Sequence record: PV785814.1
Strand: one strand, 5' to 3'
Length of the DNA stretch: 64,000 nt
A program made the translations under genes and the position numbers. The notes below the pieces were generated by a model. The model was not told the DNA's origin. It made no database searches and saw nothing but the letters and a program-made list of their open reading frames with translations. Shown piece after piece: positions 48,269 through 56,480 of the stretch (its first letter is position 1; every line of letters starts with the position of its first letter).

Positions 48269-49447
48269 CTAAGCGACGAACGCTACACGCTGTACGATTG
48301 TCTGTTTTTCGTCACGAAACTCGCTGTGCTCTTTTACAGTAGCTTTAATCGTAACAGTCTCGCCAGCTTCAATCTTGTCGTTGTCATTGTTGCGTAGACG
48401 TTTAGTTCCGAACCAGATAATTAGGTTGTTTTTCTCATCACGGAAGCGGTGAATGAATGTGTCGCCGTAGTAACCTTCAGTAACGATTGTTTTCTCAAGA
48501 GTCACCGTGAAGTTTTCACGCTTCTTAACTGTACCAACGTGCTCAGACTCTGGTAGGTCAGCTTTACGCTCTGCTTCTAGTTTCGCTAGAATCTCACGCT
48601 CTTTTGCTTTGTTGAAAGCAACGATTGCCGCTGTGATAAAGCCAGTTTGTTTGTATTCTGCATATGGTGCAGCACATGACGCGATTACATTGTGCATGAA
48701 ATCGTTAGTTGCTTCTTGAACAGCAACCCATTCTAAGATTTCTTTTGCTTGCTCTTCACACTTGTCATAGTTGTATTCAGCAAGCATTGCATCACGCTCT
48801 TCGCGCATTTCTTTTGTATGTGCGTTGATCATGTTCATTACCCACTGACGAGTGATGCCGCCACCGTGGTATGAACCGTTATGCTCAACATACATAGCAG
48901 CCCAAGAAACAATCTGAAGTGCATTGTATACTGGTTTCGCTGAGCCACGACCCCATGAATCTTCCTCGCCGAACTCTGAAATTGCAACGTAGAATGTAGC
49001 TAGTGAGTCGATTGATTTAGTAGGCAGGTAGTATTTCAGGCATGAACCACCCACGCGAATCTCTTCTTTTGTTTCTTCGTTTTGAATAACGTAAGTCACG
49101 TTACGCTGACGATTTGAGTTGCAGTGATCGCATGTAGTATCGCCAAGAAGATGACGGTGATTTGTTTCGTTGTTTGAACGAACAAGATTTGTTGCGTGAT
49201 CAAGTTGAGTCAAGAATGACCAACCTTTGTTTGATGGGTATTCGCCGCGAATTGTAACGTCAACGTAGTATTCACGCTCTTTTTGACCGTTTACTACGCG
49301 AACTACTGAGTAAACTTCACCAAATTCAGATTCGATTTCAGCAACGTTTAGACGCTTTGCAATTTTGTTAGTAGATGCAACACGAGCTTCGAACTCGCTC
49401 ATGAAGATAGAACGGATTGTGTAAGTGTTTTCGAATTGGTTAGTCAT
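48269..49447 (-). CDS. Conserved phage protein with CxxC...C Zn site and C-terminal OB-fold-like domain
   Basis: CDHC...VGGSC; C-terminal GETVTIKATVKEH.EFRDEKQT; early promoter TTGACA(49512-17)-17-TATTAT(49489-94). Confidence 0.65.
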   Translation of the reverse strand: MTNQFENTYTIRSIFMSEFEARVASTNKIAKRLNVAEIESEFGEVYSVVRVVNGQKEREYYVDVTIRGEYPSNKGWSFLTQLDHATNLVRSNNETNHRHLLGDTTCDHCNSNRQRNVTYVIQNEETKEEIRVGGSCLKYYLPTKSIDSLATFYVAISEFGEEDSWGRGSAKPVYNALQIVSWAAMYVEHNGSYHGGGITRQWVMNMINAHTKEMREERDAMLAEYNYDKCEEQAKEILEWVAVQEATNDFMHNVIASCAAPYAEYKQTGFITAAIVAFNKAKEREILAKLEAERKADLPESEHVGTVKKRENFTVTLEKTIVTEGYYGDTFIHRFRDEKNNLIIWFGTKRLRNNDNDKIEAGETVTIKATVKEHSEFRDEKQTIVQRVAFVA

Positions 49448-49556
49448 AATATTCTCTCTCAGTTAGTCGATGTCGTTTCGATGTAGAGATAATACGACTA
49501 TATGGTGAAAGTGTCAATAGGTAAAAACAAAAAAGCGCAAATTAATGCGCTTTTGT

Positions 49557-50537
49557 TTATTTGTTGAGTGTGAACATAGTTACATCGCCTTGAGTTTCAA
49601 ACGAAGGCTTGTACCCATGCTTGCCGCCATATCGCTGAAATAGACGCTTGTACAATCTAACTCGCTTCTCATTTCCATCTTTGATTGATGTCGCGATTGT
49701 ATTACAGTCATATGTCGTTGCAAATTTAACCGTTTCATTAACTACAGTCGCAAATACTTGAAGTGGGTTTTCTGACGCGGTTAAATCATTCGTCCAACTT
49801 CCCATGTGTCGAACTTGGAAATGCACTTCAACGCCGCCAACTGACTCTGGTGGATTGAAATTGAACAACTCGCCATTATCACCCCAATTAATATCATGCG
49901 GGACTAGAATGACACGATATGTTTGTTGACCAATCTGAAACAGAGCTTCAATTGGCTTTTTATCACCCTTCGGGTCATCGCCTTTTGGATACATGACTTT
50001 AGCGGGCTTGTCCATAGATTCAGAGAACAGACTAGATTCACTCAAGTTTACCGATGTTAGCCATTCAGACCACGTCTTCTTATTGCCGATTTTAGCAAAC
50101 GGAATATCGTCATGATCTAGCCATTGAGCCGAACGGTCATAAGACTGAGTAGTGTTGAACCCACGATAATCATCGCCAACCCACAGCCATTTGTGGTGCC
50201 AGATTTGATTTACTTGACGTGACTTAGAAACAGCACCGTCTTTGTAAGTAACCATTAAACCAGCCGCAGGTTCTTGAACAGTATCAAATTCAACTGAGTC
50301 ATAGAACGCGACCCCGCCTTTCTTGTAGTCAATGCGAACTATATTCGGTGTGAATTGTGGATTGGCAATAGAAACTTGAGTACGAGCATCAGCAACCATT
50401 TGCTTGAACTCGTCTGGTACATAGTCAACGTGAACATATAATGAACCACCGATGTCTTTACCCACGCCCCATTTGCTGCGTTTAATCGCGCTACCTTTGC
50501 GAGTTTTCAACGTCGCACGTTCAAAAATCATGTTCAT
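49557..50537 (-). CDS. Two-domain putative internal head protein; N-domain resembles a domain of phosphorothioation-associated methyltransferases
   Basis: GK.IGGSLYVH...FDT..EP...HHKW.WV.DDY...IGNKKTW.EWL; linker LSE..FSE; late operon. Confidence 0.55.
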   Translation of the reverse strand: MNMIFERATLKTRKGSAIKRSKWGVGKDIGGSLYVHVDYVPDEFKQMVADARTQVSIANPQFTPNIVRIDYKKGGVAFYDSVEFDTVQEPAAGLMVTYKDGAVSKSRQVNQIWHHKWLWVGDDYRGFNTTQSYDRSAQWLDHDDIPFAKIGNKKTWSEWLTSVNLSESSLFSESMDKPAKVMYPKGDDPKGDKKPIEALFQIGQQTYRVILVPHDINWGDNGELFNFNPPESVGGVEVHFQVRHMGSWTNDLTASENPLQVFATVVNETVKFATTYDCNTIATSIKDGNEKRVRLYKRLFQRYGGKHGYKPSFETQGDVTMFTLNK

Positions 50538-51127
50538 CGTCTTGCCTCGTTAGTAATGTTTCTGATCATGCGTACTGCGAATTGAGTATCGCCGGTCATT
50601 GCTGCTGAAGCTGCTTTGTCAACGTAAAACGTGCTGTCTTCAATCATGTTCAAGTGATGATAGATTTCGCGAAAATCATGACGGTCGTACTCGCGAGCAT
50701 TGAATCGTAGTGCACCTGCTTTCTTGTCATCATCGTGAACACGCTTGTACTCATCAACGACACGAATCATTTCAGCGGCGTATTTCTTCATTGTCATGTT
50801 GTCAAGCTTCAGCCTCTTAGCTGCTGCCATGACTTCTTCACGCGGTCTATCAAGTTCAATCGCATCTTTTAGAATGTTCAAGCTGTGAATTGTATCAACG
50901 GCTGACTTTTCCATTCTTAGTTTATGCTCTTCGAGAGAACGATTGTGCTTTTTCAATTCACCCGAAGCAGTTGCACCAGCAATTAAGCCAGCAAATGTAC
51001 CCCAGAAACCACCTTTTCGTTGCAGACGTTTTTTAACCTCTCCCTTTGAACCGGCAGTCATTGCTTGAAATTGCGCCCATCGTCCGCTTTTTTTCGCTTT
51101 GTCCATTTCTGTTAAAAATTCAATCAT
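50534..51127 (-). CDS. Putative internal head protein with capsid-targeting leader
   Basis: N-terminus MIEFLTE resembles T4 IP leader MKTYQEFIAE; TCTAAATA promoter at 51153-51160. Confidence 0.6.
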   Translation of the reverse strand: MIEFLTEMDKAKKSGRWAQFQAMTAGSKGEVKKRLQRKGGFWGTFAGLIAGATASGELKKHNRSLEEHKLRMEKSAVDTIHSLNILKDAIELDRPREEVMAAAKRLKLDNMTMKKYAAEMIRVVDEYKRVHDDDKKAGALRFNAREYDRHDFREIYHHLNMIEDSTFYVDKAASAAMTGDTQFAVRMIRNITNEARR

Positions 51128-51208
51128 AGTTTTAACCCCTTATTGTTTATTATATTTAGACAGAAACGAAAAAAGGGCGACCGAAGTCACCCTTTTAATG
51201 TGGTTAAA

Positions 51209-51835
51209 TTAACCGTAGATTGCTTTGATGTTGTTGAAAAATGCACTTGATTTGTTCACCTTGGCAATCACATATGTTGCATTATCACGAACCAATTTAG
51301 TAACATTGATTTTCTCAAGCTCTTCTTTTGGTAGATTTGCTTTGCTGACAATATCTAGAATCTCACTAGCATTGTCACGTAGAGCAATAGAAGTCAAGTA
51401 ACGAATTTGCTGTTTTGTTTCTAGAGCTTTAAACGCATCAATGGCTTGCTGACCTGCAACGGCAACCGATAGACCGAGACCACGATTCAACGAACGAGTC
51501 AGTAGCTTCTCAAAACCTTGAATAGGCTTGCGAGGTGATTTGCGTTTCGGGATGTCGATTGCTAGACGACCTTTAGTGTCTAGTGTGTAAACGTAAACTT
51601 CGCGACTGCCGAATTTCTCAAATCGACAAACGATAACCTTATCTGAGCTTTGTACGTTTGCTTGAACTCGACGACGTAGAGTTTCATTGAATTCGCCGCC
51701 GTTCAGTGCGTACACGATTTCAGCTACTGTCAGTTCTCGCTTCTCTAGAAGTTCGTGAACAGCTTCGCGGAATACACTGCGTTTTAGTGTTTCATTGTTT
51801 GCAAGTGCTTTACGTACGATTTCGATATTAGTCAT
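51209..51835 (-). CDS. Hypothetical basic protein, possible winged-helix DNA-binding domain
   Basis: ELTVAEIVYAL...VRRVQ-like helix and VYVYTL wing-like strand; terminator at 51169-51196. Confidence 0.5.
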   Translation of the reverse strand: MTNIEIVRKALANNETLKRSVFREAVHELLEKRELTVAEIVYALNGGEFNETLRRRVQANVQSSDKVIVCRFEKFGSREVYVYTLDTKGRLAIDIPKRKSPRKPIQGFEKLLTRSLNRGLGLSVAVAGQQAIDAFKALETKQQIRYLTSIALRDNASEILDIVSKANLPKEELEKINVTKLVRDNATYVIAKVNKSSAFFNNIKAIYG

Positions 51836-51851
51836 GATATATTTCTCTCAA

Positions 51852-52127
51852 TTAAAGTGGTTTTTCAACGGGAACTTGTAGTTCAGTGAACTGCTCATTA
51901 CAATATTGTACATAAGCTTCGTGAAAGCTGTCAAGTTCATCGTCAACAATAATCTGTTCGCCGGTGTCGAATACATACATAATGCAATCGTGCATACCAG
52001 TGGCAGTATTATACATTGGTTCAGTTGTGAATCTCACACCGCAAGGCGTGAAAAGCTCAGTTCTGACTTCAGGCACAGAAACTTGTTCTGCGTTGTATTC
52101 AGCAAATGCTTTTTCAAGAATAGTCAT
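51852..52127 (-). CDS. Hypothetical acidic protein
   Basis: ATG at 52127; early promoter TTGACA(52183-88)-17-TAAACT(52160-65). Confidence 0.65.
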   Translation of the reverse strand: MTILEKAFAEYNAEQVSVPEVRTELFTPCGVRFTTEPMYNTATGMHDCIMYVFDTGEQIIVDDELDSFHEAYVQYCNEQFTELQVPVEKPL

Positions 52128-52188
52128 AATGTGCTCTCTATATTGTCTCAACGAAAACAAGTTTAGGCTAAGACAATATCAATGTCAA

Positions 52189-52677
52189 TTACTTTTTGCG
52201 CCATTTTGCAAGTTTTTCATCATATTCGCTGTGCTTCCACAAATCAAACACGATTGTCCCACTCTGAAACCACCACACTAGTGCGATTGTATCATTTAGC
52301 TTCGGATCTTTCGGGTTTTTGCCAGTGTAAAGCTCAGTACTCGGGTGTGAGTGATAGATAGCTTTCTTGACCGCAAACTTATACCCCGTCTCTGGCTTAC
52401 CGACTTCTTTCGGTGGGTGAATGTTACCTAGATACGCAACTTGATAAACTGTGTTTTTGAACACAATACGACTAGAGTCGATGTTGAAAAGCAACGTCTG
52501 ATACTTAGCAGCATTCGGTGCAATTTTCCATTTATGCTTCGGTTTAGTCTCAAGTAGCTTGTCAATCTCAGGTTCAGGTATCATCTTGCCTAGATTGTGA
52601 TTACCCCATTCCTCATCAATTGAAAGACTGATATGAACACCGTATAGAGTGTTCTCATATTCGTTGAATCGAAACAT
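52189..52677 (-). CDS. Hypothetical protein with weak HigB/RelE-like C-terminal motif
   Basis: Ends IALVWWFQSGTIVFDLWKHSEYDEK. Confidence 0.55.
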   Translation of the reverse strand: MFRFNEYENTLYGVHISLSIDEEWGNHNLGKMIPEPEIDKLLETKPKHKWKIAPNAAKYQTLLFNIDSSRIVFKNTVYQVAYLGNIHPPKEVGKPETGYKFAVKKAIYHSHPSTELYTGKNPKDPKLNDTIALVWWFQSGTIVFDLWKHSEYDEKLAKWRKK

Positions 52678-52681
52678 GTTA

Positions 52682-53194
52682 TTACCTCAGATAAGTAAAG
52701 CTGTTTGATTGGCGTTCATGGACTAGTAGTTGACCGCGAAGTTTAACCCAGTGTTCAATAGTTTTCAGATCATGCGAATCGCGACGACCGATATGCCAGT
52801 CATGAATAATATCAGCCGAAAGCGGTTGATACATTTCATCACCTCGACGATAAGTAGGCATCCACTTAGGCTTGAACTCGTCTTCGATTACAATCACTAA
52901 ATCTTCTTCGCCTAGCGGGCAATCTAGTTTAATAGTGGTTAAATCGACTTCAGCCGCAATCTCAGCGTCTTTAATTGGAATCGCGTCTGATTCATCGACT
53001 AGATCGCATGTAGTCTTAGACTCGATTACAGTGCATTCTAGCGGCACATCAGATTTGCTAACGATTTCGTTAGACAATAGCTCTTCGATCATCTTGCTTT
53101 TAGTAAGTGCATTGTCGAGTTCAATGTCGTAGTGCTTCAACGCGAATTCAGCTACGCCACGTTTGGTTTGTTTCTTCAGATATTCAGTAATCAT
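52682..53194 (-). CDS. inh: Inh-like prohead protease inhibitor, copy 2
   Basis: VAEFALKHYDIELDNALTKSKMIEEL; C-terminal GQLLVHERQSNSF parallels copy 1. Confidence 0.62.
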   Translation of the reverse strand: MITEYLKKQTKRGVAEFALKHYDIELDNALTKSKMIEELLSNEIVSKSDVPLECTVIESKTTCDLVDESDAIPIKDAEIAAEVDLTTIKLDCPLGEEDLVIVIEDEFKPKWMPTYRRGDEMYQPLSADIIHDWHIGRRDSHDLKTIEHWVKLRGQLLVHERQSNSFTYLR

Positions 53195-53202
53195 AATTTC
53201 CC

Positions 53203-53409
53203 TTAGACCTTAATCGTTACCCATACATTTTCGTTCAAGTCGAAGAAAGTCACCGTGTCGGTAGACTTTTCATTTTTTCGCATTTCCTCGCGATTTGTTT
53301 CTAGTACAGGTAAATAATGTTTACACAATGTTCCGTGATATGCTCGACCGTCGCGTTCGAATTTCAGACAACCCTTGTCCATTTGCGACATCATTTCGGC
53401 TCGTGTCAT
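53203..53409 (-). CDS. WYL_2 / DUF2693-like small SH3-fold protein
   Basis: F.RDGR...GTL...LP...TFFDLNENVW pattern; TCTAAATA at 53441-53448. Confidence 0.6.
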   Translation of the reverse strand: MTRAEMMSQMDKGCLKFERDGRAYHGTLCKHYLPVLETNREEMRKNEKSTDTVTFFDLNENVWVTIKV

Positions 53410-53472
53410 GTTTTTAGACCCCTATAAATACAGTTATACATATTTAGACAAAACTCGCATAGAGAGAAAAAC

Positions 53473-55002
53473 ATGGCAGATATTAAAATTGAGTACTTCG
53501 ATGAGAGTTATGCGAGAGTCGTAGCAGAGCCAAGCATTACTCATGAAATGATTGACTACTTTTCATTTCTGACTGACGGGTACAAATTCAACCCTAAATT
53601 TAAAATGGGCATATGGGATGGTAAGATTCGACTAATGACTTATCAAGGTTTCTTGCCATATGGTCTAGTCGGACAAGCTAGAGCGTTCGCATCAAACATG
53701 ATGTATTCGATTGAAACTGACTCGATGATTGATCCAGTCGAGAAAATCACTCGCGGAGATTTTGAAGCATGGGTTGCGTCGCTTGATATTTACGGCGGTG
53801 GCAATAAAATCGACCCGTATTGGTATCAAATGGACTCAGTGTTTCATGGCATCAACCATCAGCATAGTCTATTAAATCTACCAACATCAGCCGGTAAATC
53901 ATTGATTCAGTCGTTAATAACTCGCTGGTTCTTAGAGCAAGAAGAACACGAAGAAGAAAAAGTTCTAATCATCGTACCGACTACTGCGTTGGTTCAGCAA
54001 ATGCGTGATGACTTTTTAGACTATCGTCTATTCGAACACAGTGACATCTATCAGATTCGAGGTGGTGTTGACCGTGATGCAATCGGTGATTGTAGAATCG
54101 TTGTTTCGACGTGGCAATCTGCTGTTAAGCAAGACAAGTCATGGTTCGACCAGTTCGGTATGCTTCTAGTCGATGAGTGTCACTTAGCAACTGGTAAATC
54201 TCTTGATGGTATCATTAAGAAGATGACAAACTGTAAATTTAAAATCGGTCTTACTGGATCACTACGAGATGGTAAAGCGAATATTCTACAGTACGTGGGT
54301 TCATTCGGTGATATTTTCAGACCTGTTTCAACTGCACAGCTAATGGAAGAAGGGCAAGTAACTGATCTGAAGATCAACTGCTTAATGCTCGAATATCCAC
54401 AGCCACTGCGTGATGAAATGAAAGGCAGTTCATATCAAGAAGAAATGAAATTCATTCTTGAGAACAAGCAGCGAAATCGTTATTTGATCAAGCTTGCGCA
54501 TCATCTAAGTGCCAAGAAAGGCGAAAACACGCTATTGCTGTTTAAGAACATCAAGCATGGTAAGTTGCTGTACGAAGCATTGAAGAAAGTTTATGACCCT
54601 GAGAAAGTGTTCTACGTATCAGGTGAGACTAAAACCGATGACCGCACGCATGTGAAGAAGATTGCAGAAGACATTGATGGTGCGATTATCGTCGCGTCGT
54701 ATGGTGTATTCTCGACTGGTATCAGTATCAAGAAACTTCACAACGTAATCTTCGCTCACCCAACGAAGAGTAAGATCATCAACTTGCAGTCGATTGGTCG
54801 TATTCTACGTAAACACGGTTCGAAAGTTACTGCGAAGCTGTTTGACATCATAGACAACTTAGCAATCAAGCCGAAACGTGCGAACGCTAAGAAGCCGTAC
54901 ACTCACGTAAATTATACAATGCGGCATGGGATGCAGCGTATTGAGCTTTACAACCAAGAAGAGTTCAAATATGCAGTTAAGAAAGTAGACCTTGCCGCAT
55001 AG
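53473..55002 (+). CDS. uvsW: UvsW SF2 DNA helicase
   Basis: LPTSAGKSLI, VDECH, GLTGSL, QSIGRILRK; TATAAATA at 53423-53430. Confidence 0.97.
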   Translation: MADIKIEYFDESYARVVAEPSITHEMIDYFSFLTDGYKFNPKFKMGIWDGKIRLMTYQGFLPYGLVGQARAFASNMMYSIETDSMIDPVEKITRGDFEAWVASLDIYGGGNKIDPYWYQMDSVFHGINHQHSLLNLPTSAGKSLIQSLITRWFLEQEEHEEEKVLIIVPTTALVQQMRDDFLDYRLFEHSDIYQIRGGVDRDAIGDCRIVVSTWQSAVKQDKSWFDQFGMLLVDECHLATGKSLDGIIKKMTNCKFKIGLTGSLRDGKANILQYVGSFGDIFRPVSTAQLMEEGQVTDLKINCLMLEYPQPLRDEMKGSSYQEEMKFILENKQRNRYLIKLAHHLSAKKGENTLLLFKNIKHGKLLYEALKKVYDPEKVFYVSGETKTDDRTHVKKIAEDIDGAIIVASYGVFSTGISIKKLHNVIFAHPTKSKIINLQSIGRILRKHGSKVTAKLFDIIDNLAIKPKRANAKKPYTHVNYTMRHGMQRIELYNQEEFKYAVKKVDLAA

Positions 55003-55007
55003 ACACG

Positions 55008-55036
55008 AAAAAGGGAGCAAATTGCTCCCTTTTTTA
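55008..55036. terminator. Bidirectional terminator
   Basis: AAAAAGGGAGC-aaatt-GCTCCCTTTTTT between convergent genes. Confidence 0.8.
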
Positions 55037-55147
55037 TTAGTCAGAAAAGATTGCCGAGAGAATCGCGCCGATTACCTCAAACAATAATTCAATTGGATAA
55101 AATAACCAATCGAAGAACCCTCGATCTCGTTTGCGATCTCTGCTCAT
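55037..55147 (-). CDS. Small membrane peptide (36 aa; absent from the ORF track)
   Basis: Manual translation MSRDRKRDRGFFDWLFYPIELLFEVIGAILSAIFSD; fills the gap before the terminator. Confidence 0.55.
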   Translation of the reverse strand: MSRDRKRDRGFFDWLFYPIELLFEVIGAILSAIFSD

Positions 55148-55151
55148 ATCT

Positions 55152-55322
55152 TTACCCGTTTAGAAGTTGTGTTTCAACTAGCTGCTGATCACCGCCAGAT
55201 TCAGACATCGCCATTTCGGCAAGATGTTGCTGACATTGACCTGCGTGTACAGTGCCTTGTGGCGTGTCGATAGTGACATCGCCTTCTTTAATTGGCTGTT
55301 TACATACAACACAATGTGCCAT
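55152..55322 (-). CDS. uvsY.-2: UvsY.-2-like Zn-binding protein
   Basis: CVVCKQPI...HAGQC...SE...VETQLL matches T4 UvsY.-2; ATG at 55322. Confidence 0.85.
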   Translation of the reverse strand: MAHCVVCKQPIKEGDVTIDTPQGTVHAGQCQQHLAEMAMSESGGDQQLVETQLLNG

Positions 55323-55486
55323 TAGTCTAACCCCGTTTTTGTTAGTGATTGGTAGAGGTAGAACTGGTCGACTTGTAAAGAGCCATGTAGTTCCCATCCC
55401 TCGTTAAGTAGTTTCTGCACTTCTTCTTCAAAAGTTTTTGAATTGTTATGCGTCACTACTTTGTATTTAATGTAATCAGTCTGCAT
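55322..55486 (-). CDS. DUF1737-like small protein (54 aa; absent from the ORF track)
   Basis: Manual translation MQTDYIKYKVVTHNNSKTFEEEVQKLLNEGWELHGSLQVDQFYLYQSLTKTGLD. Confidence 0.7.
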   Translation of the reverse strand: MQTDYIKYKVVTHNNSKTFEEEVQKLLNEGWELHGSLQVDQFYLYQSLTKTGLD

Positions 55487-55487
55487 A

Positions 55488-55901
55488 TTACAGACCGATT
55501 GCTAGTTTGAATAGAGCAGACGCCTTGCCACCATCGAAAACTTTACCAGTTGCTTTCAAAGCACCCATCAGTTTACCCATGTCACGCATAGAGTCAGCAC
55601 CAGATTCAAGAACGAATTCAGAAACGAACGTATCTAGTTCAGAGTCTGAGATTTTCGCAGGTAATAGAGACTCAAGCACAGCGTTTTCTTTGTTAAGAAT
55701 GTCAACGTGGTCGCCTTGGGCGTGCTCAAGTGCTAGTTTGTTGTTGTCAATCGCGCTAGAGATTACTTTGATACAAGATTCGTCATCGTGATTCTGACGA
55801 CGGTCAAGTTCACCCATGATAACACCCAGAACGGATGCCACTGCGTTGTTACGGTCTTTACGTGCTTGTAGACGTGTTGCTTTGATAGTTTCGATGATCA
55901 T
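55488..55901 (-). CDS. GatB/YqeY domain protein
   Basis: QARKDRN...ENAVLESLLPAKISDSEL...MRDMGKLMGAL...DGGKAS. Confidence 0.88.
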   Translation of the reverse strand: MIIETIKATRLQARKDRNNAVASVLGVIMGELDRRQNHDDESCIKVISSAIDNNKLALEHAQGDHVDILNKENAVLESLLPAKISDSELDTFVSEFVLESGADSMRDMGKLMGALKATGKVFDGGKASALFKLAIGL

Positions 55902-56311
55902 ACTATGCCACTCTCAATTTTTCTGTTATCAATAATGTGTTTAATTGTGAAGCCCATTTGGCTAATGCCTTTTAAAGCCTCTTCGATGAAAGACAACGTA
56001 TCTTTCATGTGTTGGAAACGAGCAATCGCAACTTGTAGATATTCATCACCTGCAAGTGCGTACTTCATTTCACTCTTCTCAACGATGAAATCACAAACTT
56101 CATCATCGTGTTTGCCGCTATAAAAGAGCCAGCGGTCTTTTCTCACAGCTTCCATTTTCATTTCAGCTTTAATAAGAAGTTGTCTTGCATCGGCTCGATA
56201 TGCAAGCCACTTTGCATGAAGAACAGGGATGCGTACGGCTGCTGTTTCTAGTGCAGTCGTATCGATCTTAACGTCTTCATGGTATTGTGCTTTTAAATCT
56301 TGTAGCTTCAT
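55898..56311 (-). CDS. uvsY: UvsY recombination mediator
   Basis: MKLQDLKAQYHEDVKIDTT.L..AAVRIP.LHAKWL; RWLFYSGK; GFTIKHIID.RKIESG. Confidence 0.95.
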   Translation of the reverse strand: MKLQDLKAQYHEDVKIDTTALETAAVRIPVLHAKWLAYRADARQLLIKAEMKMEAVRKDRWLFYSGKHDDEVCDFIVEKSEMKYALAGDEYLQVAIARFQHMKDTLSFIEEALKGISQMGFTIKHIIDNRKIESGIV

Positions 56312-56331
56312 ATAATACCCTCGCTTCATCA

Positions 56332-56480
56332 AGTATACATATCATTCGAGTGTCTGTAAACAAGAATCTCACTAATACTTCTAATATCACTAAAAGTACT
56401 AATTCTACTAAGATGATGCGGAATTTTTCCGCCTCTTACCTTTTTTGCTTCGCATACAAAAAAAGCCCCGAAGGGCTTTC
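56332..56480 (-). repeat. Dispersed element copy 3, upstream of uvsY
   Basis: CTAA at 56372, 56381, 56390, 56399, 56408; GCGGAATTTTTCCGC; GCTTCGC; terminator AAAAAAAGCCCCGAAGGGCTTT; promoter TTTACA(56355-60)-17-TATACT(56332-37). Confidence 0.8.
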
